Shown: positions 31,234 through 42,721, numbered from the stretch's first letter. The stretch is DNA of 64,000 bases from an uncultured Bacilli bacterium (GCA_910580185.1 CAJTWC010000002.1:16863-80862), one strand, 5' to 3'. Program-made: numbers and translations. Notes: generated by a model not told the origin, from the sequence alone.

Positions 31234-31764
31234 CTAAAAATATTTTTCAATTAGCTCTTTTATGAAAGATTTATATTCTACTTCACTAGTATTAGTAGTT
31301 TCTTCAGCTTCTAATAAACAAAGTGGAGGAAATAATACACACCACCAGTTATCACCTTCTCCTTTTCCTAAAGTAACTAACAAAGATTCATACTCTCCAG
31401 CTTCATAAGTTATACCCTTATATGTTTTCTCTGGAAACTCGTGCATTCCATAATCAATAGTGTAAGAATACTCTTTATCTTTCATCTCTTCTTCTAATAT
31501 TTCGTTAAAATTATTCATGTTATTATTAATTAAATTTCTAGCTTGCTTGGTATTTTTAGAATTTTCAAGTAAACTATATAATTCTTTTTGCATTTTATCT
31601 CTTACTTCTTCTTTTATTTTTTGATCCCTTGGAGAATTACTATTGGCAAGTACTCTAAATCTTATTGCAGAATCAGGTATTCTAACATTCTCTTGCTTAT
31701 TAGTATCATTAAAAAACATATATAATGATAAACCAGCTAACATAATTAAAATTATTTTCTTCAT
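31234..31764 (-). CDS. spoIIR: Stage II sporulation protein R
   Basis: IRFRVLANSNSPRDQ..KEEVRD and GEGDNWWCVLFPPLC motifs match SpoIIR. Confidence 0.7.
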   Translation of the reverse strand: MKKIILIMLAGLSLYMFFNDTNKQENVRIPDSAIRFRVLANSNSPRDQKIKEEVRDKMQKELYSLLENSKNTKQARNLINNNMNNFNEILEEEMKDKEYSYTIDYGMHEFPEKTYKGITYEAGEYESLLVTLGKGEGDNWWCVLFPPLCLLEAEETTNTSEVEYKSFIKELIEKYF

Positions 31765-31799
31765 TAAAAAATCACCCTCTATTAATTAGTGAGTGATTT

Positions 31800-32534
31800 T
31801 TAATAATTATATACGAAAACAAACCTGTTTTTACCTGACAAATCTTTTTTTATTTCTACATTTACATTACCTAAGTATTTTAATGCTAATGCCTTAATAT
31901 CTTTCCCTTGCGTCCTACCTATTTCAAATGCTATTAAATATTTATCATTAAGTACTTGTTTAGCATTCTTTAACATGCTTTCATAAAACTCTAAGCCATT
32001 ATTTTTTGCATATAAGGCAAGATGTGGTTCGTTATTCTTTACAATATCATCTATTTCTTCAGTTTCTTTTATATACGGAGGATTACTAACTAATATATCT
32101 ACTTTAATATTATTTTCTATATATGGTTTTAACATATCGCCCTTAAACATAGTAACGTTTGCATTTGTTTTATCCACGTTAGTTTTAGCAATTCCTAATG
32201 CTTTATCACTTATATCAGAAGCATATACACGGCATTTAAGCTCTTTTGATAAAGATATAGCAATAGCACCACTACCAGTCCCAACGTCTATTATAACTGG
32301 ATTATTAAACGTTTTAGAGCGTTTTATTACTTCTTCTACCAATTCTTCAGTCTCACGCCTAGGTATAAGTACGTTTTTATTAACATTTAATATGTAACCA
32401 TAAAAATCAACGTTACCAACTATGTATTGAACAGGTTCACCATTATTTAATCTTTTTATGGCATCATCTATATTGCCATCATAGTATTTTTTTAAATATT
32501 TTAATTCCTTATCCATATTATTTTTCCTTACCAT
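31800..32534 (-). CDS. prmC: Release factor glutamine methyltransferase PrmC (HemK)
   Basis: NPPY motif, SAM-binding DVGTGSGAI, position next to prfA. Confidence 0.8.
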   Translation of the reverse strand: MVRKNNMDKELKYLKKYYDGNIDDAIKRLNNGEPVQYIVGNVDFYGYILNVNKNVLIPRRETEELVEEVIKRSKTFNNPVIIDVGTGSGAIAISLSKELKCRVYASDISDKALGIAKTNVDKTNANVTMFKGDMLKPYIENNIKVDILVSNPPYIKETEEIDDIVKNNEPHLALYAKNNGLEFYESMLKNAKQVLNDKYLIAFEIGRTQGKDIKALALKYLGNVNVEIKKDLSGKNRFVFVYNY

Positions 32535-33627
32535 AAATTATAAGTGGTACTAACATTTCATCTTCTGTTATACCTGAATGAGAAGATTTATGCATATATA
32601 CACTTTCATCATACCTTATCGCTTTGTTACCAATTCCTATTGCAAAATAATCTCCCAGTCCATCTTTATAATACTTATTTTCCTTTCCATAACCAAATAA
32701 TTTTTTATCATTTACTTCTTCGGAAGAAAGTATTAAGAAATCATCTTTTAATACTTTTTTTAGTTCTACAGGAAATTCTTTTTTATATTCTTGTTTAACT
32801 CTAAATGAACAAGCTCTATTATCAATGCTAACATCACCTTTTAACATGTTTATAATTTGCGGATAATCTGTTAGAGTTATATAATCTATATCTATATGAC
32901 CATGATCTGCTAAGGCAATAATTAGCGTATCTTTTAGAGTGTTACATAATTTTTTAAATTCTTTATCAATCTTTTTGATTTTTTTAATTGCCTTCTTAGA
33001 ATTACATCCATATTTATGAAAAGTATGATCAGGATCATCAACGTAGAAATAAATATAATTTTTCCCAGCATTTTTAGTTATTCTTTTTATTTGCTTTCTA
33101 GCTTTTTTTAATGATTCATCTTTATGATTGTTATATACCGATATTTTTTTTGCGTGGCACCCATCTAGTTTATCTATTTTTGATACTACTGATTCGTACT
33201 TTAATAAAGTTCTTGCTATATGATAATCAGTTAGTTTTTCCTTAGTTCTTTTTACATAATTTCTGGATAAAGTAATTACGTTATCAAACTTTTTAAAATA
33301 CATATCCCAACCAAGTCACCCATGCTCTATAGGATTTAAACCTGATTCTATAGTTGTTCTTGCAGCCATCGTGGTTGATGGAAAAGTAGATGAAATACTA
33401 GATACTAAATATTTATTTAAAAATGGGCAATGCTCTTTATTTCGTTTTAAAATATTATATCCAAGTCCATCAAATAACACTAAAACTATGTTTTTATATT
33501 TATTTTCTTTTAAATAATCATTTAAAATGGGAAGAGAATTATGATTAGGTTTTAAATTAAAATATTTTTCAATAGAACTAATAACATTGACAAGTCCTTT
33601 TTCATAATCAGAAAATAAAGTTTTCAT
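32518..33627 (-). pseudogene. Alkaline-phosphatase-superfamily type I phosphodiesterase / nucleotide pyrophosphatase gene interrupted by a single in-frame TGA (33316-33318); both halves (33316-33627 and 32518-33303) are otherwise intact and in the same frame
   Basis: N-part ...VLVLFDGLGYN...TFPSTTMAARTTIESGLNPIEHG-[TGA]-LGWDMYF... aligns with the family motif HG(I)xGNxMYD; C-part ...LADHGHID...; the ORF track shows the same frame (33666 and 33303 both = 0 mod 3). Confidence 0.6.
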
Positions 33628-33680
33628 TAATAAACCACCTCTAATAAACATTTTATCATATAACATATAAAAAGCTAGAG

Positions 33681-34736
33681 TTATTCTCCAGCTAATTTTC
33701 TTCTTTGATCTTCCGTTATTAAAGCTTCTATTATATCTCCTAATTTACCATTCATTACTCTATCTAACGAGTTAGTAGTATATCCAATACGGTGATCTGT
33801 TACCCTATTTTGTGGATAGTTATATGTTCTTATCTTTTCAGATCTATCACCGGTACCTATTTTACTTCTTCTTTCTGCACCAACTTCAGCTTCTTGCTCT
33901 CTCATCTTAAGATCATATACCCTTGATTTTAAAATTTTAAAACCTTTTTCCTTATTCTTGATTTGTGATCTTTCTGTTTGCGAATAAACAACTATTCCAG
34001 TTGGTATATGAGTCAGTCTAACTGCACTATCGGTTGTGTTAACTCCCTGACCACCATTACCACTTGCGCGGGTAATATCTATTCTTACTTCGTTCATATC
34101 AAGATCAAAATCCAAATCGTCAACTTCAGGCATTACAAGCACTGTTGAAGTCGAAGTATGAACTCTTCCTTGAGATTCCGTTGCTGGAACCCTTTGAACA
34201 CGATGGGCACCTGATTCATATTTAAGTTTAGAATACGCTCCATCACCTTTAACCATAAATGATATTTCTGAATAACCTCCAGCTGAACTTGGTGTACTTT
34301 CTAATTCTTCTACTTTAAAGCCTTCTGATTCTGCATATCTACAGTACATATCATATAAATCACCAGCAAAGATATTAGCTTCATCACCACCTGCTGCTCC
34401 GCGGATTTCAACAATTATATTTTTTCCATCATTAGGATCTTTTGGTAATAATAATATTTCTAATTCTTTTTCTAGCTTTTTTTGCTTAGCTAAACACTTT
34501 TCCTCTTCCTCCATAGCAAATTCTGCCATTTCAGGATCCTTAGCTAGCTCTTTAGCTTCTTCATAATCTTTTTTCGCTTTCAAATATGAATCATAACATT
34601 CAATTATTTCAGATAGACCAGACTGTTCTTTAGATAATTTGGTTGTTAGGCTAACATCACTTATTACTTCCGGTTTAGTAAGTTCGTTTGTTATAACTTC
34701 ATTTCTTTGTTTTATTGCTTCTAATCTTTCAAACAT
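33681..34736 (-). CDS. prfA: Peptide chain release factor 1
   Basis: GGQ motif (SGNGGQGVNTTDSAVRLTHIPTG), PAT tripeptide (RF1 type). Confidence 0.92.
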   Translation of the reverse strand: MFERLEAIKQRNEVITNELTKPEVISDVSLTTKLSKEQSGLSEIIECYDSYLKAKKDYEEAKELAKDPEMAEFAMEEEEKCLAKQKKLEKELEILLLPKDPNDGKNIIVEIRGAAGGDEANIFAGDLYDMYCRYAESEGFKVEELESTPSSAGGYSEISFMVKGDGAYSKLKYESGAHRVQRVPATESQGRVHTSTSTVLVMPEVDDLDFDLDMNEVRIDITRASGNGGQGVNTTDSAVRLTHIPTGIVVYSQTERSQIKNKEKGFKILKSRVYDLKMREQEAEVGAERRSKIGTGDRSEKIRTYNYPQNRVTDHRIGYTTNSLDRVMNGKLGDIIEALITEDQRRKLAGE

Positions 34737-35173
34737 TATTCATCCATCTCTTCTTCTGTTACTACTACCAAATCTTCTAAGTCTTCCATATCATCATTTG
34801 CATTATCATAATCATCAGTATCAGATGCTACCGCTTCATCTTCTATTTCCTCTGGAACATCATCTTCTGATGATTCTTCTTCAACCACATCATCTTCTTC
34901 ATCATCCTCGATAACTACTTTAACTGAATGTGACTCTCTTAAATCCCATTCAGCACTATCTAAAAGTAAAAATCTTTTATCGGTAGTAAGAGTGGTATAA
35001 AAATCTCCAATCATCTCTAACATGTTATCTTCACTTATTTCAAGTAATTTACAAACCTCTCCAAATAATACTGGAGTTGTTTTTGGTTTTTTATCCAATT
35101 TTAATAATTCATACGCTATATCCGTATAAGATAATAACTCTAATTCCTCTAAAGGTAACTCTCTAACGTTCAT
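34736..35173 (-). CDS. rpoE: DNA-directed RNA polymerase delta subunit
   Basis: HARE-HTH N-domain (FYTTLTTDKRFLLLDSAEWDLRE) plus poly-acidic C-terminal tail; TAATG overlap with prfA. Confidence 0.75.
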   Translation of the reverse strand: MNVRELPLEELELLSYTDIAYELLKLDKKPKTTPVLFGEVCKLLEISEDNMLEMIGDFYTTLTTDKRFLLLDSAEWDLRESHSVKVVIEDDEEDDVVEEESSEDDVPEEIEDEAVASDTDDYDNANDDMEDLEDLVVVTEEEMDE

Positions 35174-35184
35174 AAAATTTCCTC

Positions 35185-36813
35185 CTACATCTTGCTAGGT
35201 GCAACAACACCTATAAGTTTTAATGCGTTTTTAATAGTTATACCTACTGTTTTTATTAGAGCTAGTCGTTTACTAGACTCTTTTATATCATCAGTTAATA
35301 TTCTATGTTTTCCATAATAATTATGTAACAAAGAAGCTAAATCATACACATAATTTGTAATTAAATGTGGTTCCTTTTTAGTCGAAGCATTTTCTACCAC
35401 ATCAATAAATTCATAAACTTTTAATATTAAAGCTTTTGAATCATCATCTATTATACCATCTATATCAGGGTTTATGGTAATTCCTTTTTGTTTTGCATCG
35501 TTTAATATTGAACATATTCTAGCATAAGCATACCCAACGTAAAAGAATGGATTATCACTAGACTTCTTTAATGCCAAACTTATATCAAAATCCATTTGAC
35601 CATCTAGGCTTCTTGCTGCAAAGAAATATCTTGCAGCGTCTTTTCCTATCTCTTCTACAAGTTCAGAAATAGTAATATTGCCACCCGTACGTTTACTCAT
35701 CTTAACGATTTCTCCGTCACGAAGAAGTCTTACCATTTGAAGAAGTCTCACCTCTAATTTATCTTTATCATATCCTAAAGCTTCAATACTTGCTTTAAGT
35801 CTTGATACATAGCTGTGATGATCAGCGCCAAAAACATCTACTAAATAATCAAAACCTCTATCAAACTTATCTAAATGATATGCTATATCTGGCACTAAAT
35901 ATGTATAACTACCATCTGATTTAACAAGTACCCTATCCTTATCATCACCATACACCGTGGTTTTTAAAAACGTTGCGTCATCAGCTTTATATACTAAACC
36001 TTTCTCATCAAGAATTTTTAAAGATTCTTCTATTCTTCCTTTAGCACGAATAGCTTTCTCACTAGTCCAGACATCAAACGTAACTCCGAAATTTGAAAGA
36101 TCGGTTTTAATAATATTAAGTAAATAGTTAACACCAATTTCTTTAAAATATTCTAGGGCCTCATCTAATTTTGAATCCTTAAATTCGTCATAAATAGTTT
36201 TTGCTATATCTATTATCTCAGATCCATAGTAACCATCTTCTGGCATGTTTTCTTCTAATCCACATAAGCCCTTATATCTTTCTTTAATAGACATACCAAG
36301 GTTTATTATTTGGTTACCAGCATCATTTATGTAATATTCTTTAGTAACATCATATCCCGCGAATGAAAGTATGTTAGCTAAATTAGATCCATATGCAGCA
36401 CCACGTGCAGTACCTAAGTGAAGAATTCCTGTTGGATTAGCACTAACGAATTCTATGTCTACCTTTTCATTATTACCAATAGTACTTCTACCATAATCAA
36501 AGTCTTTTTCTATTACGGATTTTACTCCGCTAAAAACATATGCATCATCAAGATAAATATTAATAAATCCAGGTCCAGCTATTTCTACATTTTTTATCTC
36601 TTCTTTATCTTTAATAGCACCTACTATCTTATCAGCAATTTCTCTTGGATTCATTTTTAATATTTTAACCAATTGCATTGCGATATTTGTAGAAAAATCG
36701 CCATTATTTCTATCTTTTGGTATTTCTACTACTATCTTACTTTCATCATAATCTATTTCTAATTCTTTTAAAGCGTTAGAAATAATATTTTTTATTACTT
36801 GTTTTAGATTCAT
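35185..36813 (-). CDS. argS: Arginine--tRNA ligase
   Basis: HIGH-class motifs (PTGILHLGTARG), KMSKR; start assigned to ATG 36813 (GGAGAG SD, TAATG overlap with the upstream gene) rather than track start 36828. Confidence 0.9.
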   Translation of the reverse strand: MNLKQVIKNIISNALKELEIDYDESKIVVEIPKDRNNGDFSTNIAMQLVKILKMNPREIADKIVGAIKDKEEIKNVEIAGPGFINIYLDDAYVFSGVKSVIEKDFDYGRSTIGNNEKVDIEFVSANPTGILHLGTARGAAYGSNLANILSFAGYDVTKEYYINDAGNQIINLGMSIKERYKGLCGLEENMPEDGYYGSEIIDIAKTIYDEFKDSKLDEALEYFKEIGVNYLLNIIKTDLSNFGVTFDVWTSEKAIRAKGRIEESLKILDEKGLVYKADDATFLKTTVYGDDKDRVLVKSDGSYTYLVPDIAYHLDKFDRGFDYLVDVFGADHHSYVSRLKASIEALGYDKDKLEVRLLQMVRLLRDGEIVKMSKRTGGNITISELVEEIGKDAARYFFAARSLDGQMDFDISLALKKSSDNPFFYVGYAYARICSILNDAKQKGITINPDIDGIIDDDSKALILKVYEFIDVVENASTKKEPHLITNYVYDLASLLHNYYGKHRILTDDIKESSKRLALIKTVGITIKNALKLIGVVAPSKM

Positions 36814-37187
36814 TATAAATCTCTCCATTCTAAGTCGTAGTTAAAACTATCACTAAACTCACCATTCATAAATAATTCATATTCTATTTCAAAGCCATTA
36901 TTATTAATAATTAGTCGTTTTGTTTTAGTCTCTACTCTTACTTCTATCCCTAACTGTTTAATTATGTATTTTGTAGTTAAGGTTTTATTATTTTCAAATT
37001 CTAAAGTTAGCTTCATATCGTCATTTTCTCTTACTAAAATAATTTTATCTTTTAACAATGTAATACATACATTTATCCCATTATTTTTATAATTTATTTT
37101 TCCATCTTTTAATATGGCTAATACACTCGTTAATCGTTCTTCTTCATTTTTTGAAAAAACGTTGGAATTAATAATAATTTTAGACAT
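36813..37187 (-). CDS. DUF1934 (YwiB-like) protein
   Basis: 124 aa beta-rich protein directly upstream of argS, as ywiB is in Bacillus. Confidence 0.45.
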   Translation of the reverse strand: MSKIIINSNVFSKNEEERLTSVLAILKDGKINYKNNGINVCITLLKDKIILVRENDDMKLTLEFENNKTLTTKYIIKQLGIEVRVETKTKRLIINNNGFEIEYELFMNGEFSDSFNYDLEWRDL

Positions 37188-37305
37188 AAAAACACCTTTA
37201 AAATTTTTCTAACGTCAATATAGCATAGAAAAGAAAAAAGGTCAACAAAATACTTATATTTTGCACTTTTTTACCAATACTAAAATTAGAAAGAAGACAG
37301 GTTAA

Positions 37306-39273
37306 ATGAAAAAAATAAAGCTAATCTCTAAAATCTTAATCGCTTTAATGCTTATATTTTGTGTATGCTATAGCATATTATTCACATGTGCTAAATATGG
37401 TTCTAAAATAGATATACAAAACTCTAATAGTATTTATATGTATGATAAAGAAGGTAAAAGCTTCTATGAAGGTAATAATGGTACTAGAAAATGGATAGAA
37501 TTAAAAGATATATCTAAATACTTAATTAACGCAACTATTTATTCAGAAGATAAAAATTTTTACAATCATACTGGATTTGATATTCCCAGAATAATAAAGT
37601 CTAGTATTATTAATATAAAATCAAAAGATTTAAAACAAGGTGCTTCAACCATTACCCAGCAGTATGCTAGAAATCTATTCTTAACGTTCGATAAGACCTG
37701 GGAAAGAAAAATAAAGGAAGCATGGTACGCCTTTAAATTAGAAACACAATACTCAAAAGAAGAAATATTAGAAGGTTACTTAAATACTATAAACTATGGT
37801 AACGGAATACTAGGAATAGAAAACGCTTCGTTATACTACTTTAATAAATCTGCTAAAGATCTTAGTATGGCAGAAGCAACTATGTTAGCGGGTATTCCTA
37901 AATCACCTAATAATTATTCTCCATTAAATGACGAAGTTGCTGCTAAAAAAAGACAAAAAGAAATATTACAAGCATTAGTGAATAATAAAATTATTTCTAA
38001 AAAAACAATGGATGAAACATTAGATGTTAAGCTAACTTACTATGGTAAAAAAGAAAACCTTAATTTAGCAACCATAATGTATTATCAAGATGCCGTTATA
38101 AGAGAACTACAAGATTTAAAAGTAGTTAGTGATGAAAAAATAAGAGAAGAAGGGTTAAAAATATATACTAGTTTAGATATAAATGCTCAGACAGCTTTAG
38201 ATGATAGTATTAAAAACAACTTAGAAGGGAAAGAAGAAATGCAAACCTCTGCTATTATGATTAATCCTAAAAATGGAGAAATTATAGCACTTGCAGGTGG
38301 TAAAGACTACTCTAAATCACAGTATAACAGAGCTGTACAATCTAAAAGACAAGTAGGCTCTACCATGAAACCAATACTTTATTATGCCGCCTTAGAAAAC
38401 GGTTTAAATGCCTCTACAACGTTTTTAAGTAAGCCAACTACTTTTTCATTAGATAATGAACTTAAGTACTCTCCTAGTAACTATGGTGACATATATCCTA
38501 ATGATAAAATAACAATGGCACTTGCTATTTGCTACTCAGATAACATTTATGCTATCAAAACACATTTATTCCTAGGAGAAGATATGATGATTAAGTACGC
38601 GAAGAAAATGGGAATAACAAGTAAGCTAGAAGCTAATGCATCACTACCACTTGGCACTAATGAATTAACAACAAAAGAGTTCGTAAGCGCATATGCTACT
38701 TTAGCAAACTCCGGGACTAGTGTTAAAGAACACCTAATTAGAAAAATAGAAGATGGTAATGGTGATATTATTTATGAGTTTAAGGAAGAAAAAGAAAAAG
38801 TATTAAATAAATCATACACTTACATACTAAGTGAATTATTATCTAATACTTATGACACTAATTTAAAAAGTTATACTGCACCTACTTGTGCTTCTATCGC
38901 ACCTAAGCTTACTAAAAAATATGCTGTTAAAAGTGGTACCACTGATTATGATTTATGGACTGTTGGGTATAACCCAGATGTTGTAGTTGGAGTATGGACC
39001 GGATATGATGATAATAGAAAGTTATCAAAAAGAGAGTATAAGTATTCTAAAAACATATGGGCAGACACTATTGAAAACTATCTAAGAGATAAGGAATCCA
39101 ACTGGTATGAAATGCCCAATAACGTAGTTGGTGTGATTACTGATTTAAACACTGGTAAAGAAGCTACTAATGATTCTAAACTTAAAAAGATTTTATATTA
39201 TGTAAAAGGAACCGAGCCTGGCTATGTAAGCAAAACTACGAAAAGGAAAACAACCACAAAAAAAAACGACTAG
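37306..39273 (+). CDS. Class A penicillin-binding protein (transglycosylase + transpeptidase)
   Basis: N-terminal TM; GT51 motifs EDKNFYNHTGFD, STITQQYARN; transpeptidase STMKP (SxxK), SDN, KSGTT. Confidence 0.85.
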   Translation: MKKIKLISKILIALMLIFCVCYSILFTCAKYGSKIDIQNSNSIYMYDKEGKSFYEGNNGTRKWIELKDISKYLINATIYSEDKNFYNHTGFDIPRIIKSSIINIKSKDLKQGASTITQQYARNLFLTFDKTWERKIKEAWYAFKLETQYSKEEILEGYLNTINYGNGILGIENASLYYFNKSAKDLSMAEATMLAGIPKSPNNYSPLNDEVAAKKRQKEILQALVNNKIISKKTMDETLDVKLTYYGKKENLNLATIMYYQDAVIRELQDLKVVSDEKIREEGLKIYTSLDINAQTALDDSIKNNLEGKEEMQTSAIMINPKNGEIIALAGGKDYSKSQYNRAVQSKRQVGSTMKPILYYAALENGLNASTTFLSKPTTFSLDNELKYSPSNYGDIYPNDKITMALAICYSDNIYAIKTHLFLGEDMMIKYAKKMGITSKLEANASLPLGTNELTTKEFVSAYATLANSGTSVKEHLIRKIEDGNGDIIYEFKEEKEKVLNKSYTYILSELLSNTYDTNLKSYTAPTCASIAPKLTKKYAVKSGTTDYDLWTVGYNPDVVVGVWTGYDDNRKLSKREYKYSKNIWADTIENYLRDKESNWYEMPNNVVGVITDLNTGKEATNDSKLKKILYYVKGTEPGYVSKTTKRKTTTKKND

Positions 39274-41279
39274 CAACTAGTCGTTTTCTCATCTTTATTT
39301 TCTTTTTCTTCTTTTAGTTCACCTGATAAGGCTTTTTTTATTTCTTCTTTATTCATTGAACTATATCCTTTAATTCCTTTTTCCTTAGCCATTTCTTTTA
39401 ACTTTGCTAAAGGAACATCATCTAACATATCATCTACTGGCATTTTACCATTTTCTGCTAAATAATCTATTTGTTCTTTAGTTAAAGTTTCATGCTCTAA
39501 TAAAGAATTAGCTATCAAATCAAGTAAATCTCTATTCTTTTCAATAATTTTCTTAGCTTTTGTATAGCAATCATTAATAATATTTCTTACTTCATTATCT
39601 ATTTCAAGTGCTACTTGATCAGAGAAGTTTCTGTTTTTATTATAATCTCTTCCTAAGAATGATGATCCTTCTGGAGTTTCTAACTGAACTGGGCCAAGCG
39701 TTGACATTCCATATTCAGTTACCATACTTCTTGCAATCTTAGTTGCTTTTGAAAAGTCGTTATGAGCTCCTGTTGTTACTTCACCAAATACTATTTCTTC
39801 TGAAACACGTCCACCAAGTAATCCCATTATTTGTTCTAATAACTCAGTTTTAGTGGCAGTATACTTTTCTTCTTTTGGAAGCATTAAGTTATAACCACCT
39901 GCTTGCCCACGGGGTATAATTGTTACTTTTTGTACATCATTTGCGTTATCTAATTTAATACCTAATACAGCATGTCCAGCTTCATGGTATGCAACTAATT
40001 TTTTTTCAGCTGGTGTGTATTTTTTAGTTACCTTTGCAGGCCCCATAATTACTCTATCTATTGCCTCATCTATTTCTGACATAGTAATAGCTTGCTTTTC
40101 TCTTCTTACCGCAAGTAATGCTGCTTCATTAAGTAAGTTTTCTAAGTCTGCCCCTGAAAAACCTACCGTTCTTTTAGCAATACTATCTAAGTGTACGTTC
40201 TTAGCAAGTATTTTATTTCTAGCATGTACTTTTAATATTTCTTCTCTAGCCTTCATTTCAGGAAGTGCAACAGTTACTTGTCTATCAAATCTTCCTGGTC
40301 TTAAAAGTGCAGGATCAAGCACGTCTGGTCTGTTTGTTGCAGCGATGATAATAATACCTTCATTAGCACCAAAACCATCCATTTCAGTTAATAATTGGTT
40401 AAGTGTTTGTTCTCTTTCATCATGACCACCACCAATACCAGTACCTCTTTGACGTCCTACTGCATCAATTTCATCTATAAAGATTAAACATGGTGCGTTT
40501 TGTTTTGCTTGTTTAAACATGTCACGAACACGTGAAGCTCCAATACCAACATATAATTCTACGAAATCAGAACCTGATATAAAGTAAAATGGTGCGTTTG
40601 CTTCTCCTGCAACTGCTTTTGCAAGTAATGTTTTACCAGTTCCTGGAGGACCTACTAAAAGTACTCCTTTAGGTATTCTTGCACCTAATTTAGTAAATTT
40701 CTTTGGACTCTTTAAAAAGTCTATTAATTCTTGTAATTCTTCTTTTTCTTCTGGAAGACCAGCTACATCTTTAAATGTTACCTTTCCTTTATCAGGATTA
40801 AGTTTTGCTTTACTTCTTCCAAAATCCATTGATCCTTTTTGACCACCAAGTTGTTTTGTAAAGAACCAAAATACTACACCTATTAAAAGGATATAAGGTA
40901 AAATATTCATTAAGAATACATACCAAGTACTAGCTGTTGGATCCGATTTAGAAACTATTTTAAAATCCTTTTTTTCACTTGCCTTTACTATTTTTTCAAT
41001 TACAGTATCGGAAAGTGGAGTTTTTACAGTAAATGTTTCTCCTTTTTTACCATCCCTTAAAGTACCTCTTAATTGATAGGTATAAGCATTAGTACTAGGT
41101 GTAATTACAACCTCTTTAATATTATTCTTAGATAATGCTTTATTAAATTCATTATATGTTAATTCCTTATTTAAATTATTATTTGCATTATAAAACATTA
41201 GTAAAGCAATACCTATAATTAATAACATTGTATAGGGGAACATTCCTTTTTTTACATTTTGATTATTCTGCATTTTCAT
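39270..41279 (-). CDS. ftsH: ATP-dependent zinc metalloprotease FtsH (with C-terminal Rho_N/SAP-like extension)
   Basis: Walker [18 protein letters not shown] zinc site; C-terminal ...[28 protein letters not shown]... Confidence 0.92.
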   Translation of the reverse strand: MKMQNNQNVKKGMFPYTMLLIIGIALLMFYNANNNLNKELTYNEFNKALSKNNIKEVVITPSTNAYTYQLRGTLRDGKKGETFTVKTPLSDTVIEKIVKASEKKDFKIVSKSDPTASTWYVFLMNILPYILLIGVVFWFFTKQLGGQKGSMDFGRSKAKLNPDKGKVTFKDVAGLPEEKEELQELIDFLKSPKKFTKLGARIPKGVLLVGPPGTGKTLLAKAVAGEANAPFYFISGSDFVELYVGIGASRVRDMFKQAKQNAPCLIFIDEIDAVGRQRGTGIGGGHDEREQTLNQLLTEMDGFGANEGIIIIAATNRPDVLDPALLRPGRFDRQVTVALPEMKAREEILKVHARNKILAKNVHLDSIAKRTVGFSGADLENLLNEAALLAVRREKQAITMSEIDEAIDRVIMGPAKVTKKYTPAEKKLVAYHEAGHAVLGIKLDNANDVQKVTIIPRGQAGGYNLMLPKEEKYTATKTELLEQIMGLLGGRVSEEIVFGEVTTGAHNDFSKATKIARSMVTEYGMSTLGPVQLETPEGSSFLGRDYNKNRNFSDQVALEIDNEVRNIINDCYTKAKKIIEKNRDLLDLIANSLLEHETLTKEQIDYLAENGKMPVDDMLDDVPLAKLKEMAKEKGIKGYSSMNKEEIKKALSGELKEEKENKDEKTTSC

Positions 41280-42597
41280 TTTCCTTTCTGTCGTACTTTA
41301 ATATTATATCATATTTTCCACTCTTTGATTTGTCATATTTAGATTTTTTAAGGCCTGGGAGCCATAAAATATTATCTTCGCTATCAGTAACTATTGGATA
41401 TATATTTCTTTCATGTTTTTCTACCTTAGAATCTATGAAAATATCTTTTATTTTTTTAGTTCCTGAGCCTAATACTTCTATTTTATCCCCATCTTTTCTA
41501 TTCCTTACTATAATAGGTAAAGCAATTTCACTACTATCTAATTTAGTCATATAATTAGATGAATTATCTATTTCTTTTACCTGACTAATAATTCCACTAG
41601 GTAAAATTATAGTTTCCTTTAACTCATAGTGGTAGTTATTATAATCATATTCCTTGTCAAAATATATCCTATTATAGGATTTAACTAAAGTTTTAGAAAG
41701 TGGCATAGAAATACTAATATTAGGTTTATTACTATCAATCATAGCTAGTATACTTTCAACTATATTATTAGTGACTAATTTAACATCATCATTATAGTTA
41801 TTAAACAAATATAATTCTATAACTTTTCTTCTTATTAGCGGATGTTCTTTATTTAACATAACAATATCCAATTTATCATCATTTTCTACGCTTTTATAAA
41901 TGTTTTCGACAACATCATTAACATAGTTATCATAACCTTCTAATTCTTTAGAAAACTGTAAAAACTTTTTATGGACGTCTTTATTTTCTTTTTTTAAATA
42001 TTTAACTATATTATTTCTAAACCTATTTCTTGTATATTTATCACTTAAATTAGAATTATCCACAGCATAAGGAATATTTTTTTCATCACAAGCTTTTTCT
42101 ATTTGTTCTTTAGTTAAAAATAGAAGTGGTCTTATAATACTATAATTATCCCTTTTTCTTATTAAGGATATACCTTTATAGCCATTTAGGTTAGAACCTC
42201 TAACTAAACGCATAAGAATAGTTTCAGATAAATCATCACCATGATGGGCTGTAAATAAATATTTAGATTTATATTTTTCTATTAAACTTTTAAAGAAATT
42301 ATATCTTTTATATCTTGCTTCTTCTTCTGTAAACTTATCATTAGTATAATTTTCTATCTTCATAAATTCAAAAACTATATTATTTTTATTACAATATTCT
42401 TCTAACCTTCTAGCTTCTTCATCACTTTCTTTTCTATGATTATGATGAACATGAGCACAAATAATTTTATTTTCTTTATATAATGTTTTTATTAAATTAA
42501 GCAAAAACATAGAGTCTGGGCCATATGAAACCCCTATTATTAATGACTCTGTATTTTTAATATTTAAAGAATTTAAGAATTTATAAACTTCATTCAT
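41263..42597 (-). CDS. tilS: tRNA(Ile)-lysidine synthetase
   Basis: PP-loop GVSYGPDS, 444 aa; adjacent to ftsH as in Bacillus. Confidence 0.85.
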   Translation of the reverse strand: MNEVYKFLNSLNIKNTESLIIGVSYGPDSMFLLNLIKTLYKENKIICAHVHHNHRKESDEEARRLEEYCNKNNIVFEFMKIENYTNDKFTEEEARYKRYNFFKSLIEKYKSKYLFTAHHGDDLSETILMRLVRGSNLNGYKGISLIRKRDNYSIIRPLLFLTKEQIEKACDEKNIPYAVDNSNLSDKYTRNRFRNNIVKYLKKENKDVHKKFLQFSKELEGYDNYVNDVVENIYKSVENDDKLDIVMLNKEHPLIRRKVIELYLFNNYNDDVKLVTNNIVESILAMIDSNKPNISISMPLSKTLVKSYNRIYFDKEYDYNNYHYELKETIILPSGIISQVKEIDNSSNYMTKLDSSEIALPIIVRNRKDGDKIEVLGSGTKKIKDIFIDSKVEKHERNIYPIVTDSEDNILWLPGLKKSKYDKSKSGKYDIILKYDRKENENAE

Positions 42598-42686
42598 AAA
42601 ATCACCTTAACGTATATTGTATCATAAAAGCAGGAAAATACCATATCTTATCTAAGATTATGTCAAGTTTTAAAATAATTTTTTAT

Positions 42687-42714
42687 TTACTTAATGGTAT
42701 TAATACTGTATAAT
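42687..42714 (+). promoter_or_regulatory. Strong sigma-A promoter (TTACTT-16-TATAAT, TG-extended) driving a plus-strand transcript with no ORF
   Basis: Hexamers at 42687-42692 and 42709-42714. Confidence 0.45.
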
Positions 42715-42721
42715 TTAATTA

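Noticed and set aside
32518-33666. The in-frame TGA in the phosphodiesterase gene as evidence for a Mollicutes-type genetic code (TGA=Trp)
   Set aside because: rpoB, rpoC, fusA and other long genes are intact under the standard code with Trp encoded by TGG, and at least one gene (30667-31167) terminates with TGA, so TGA is a genuine stop here.
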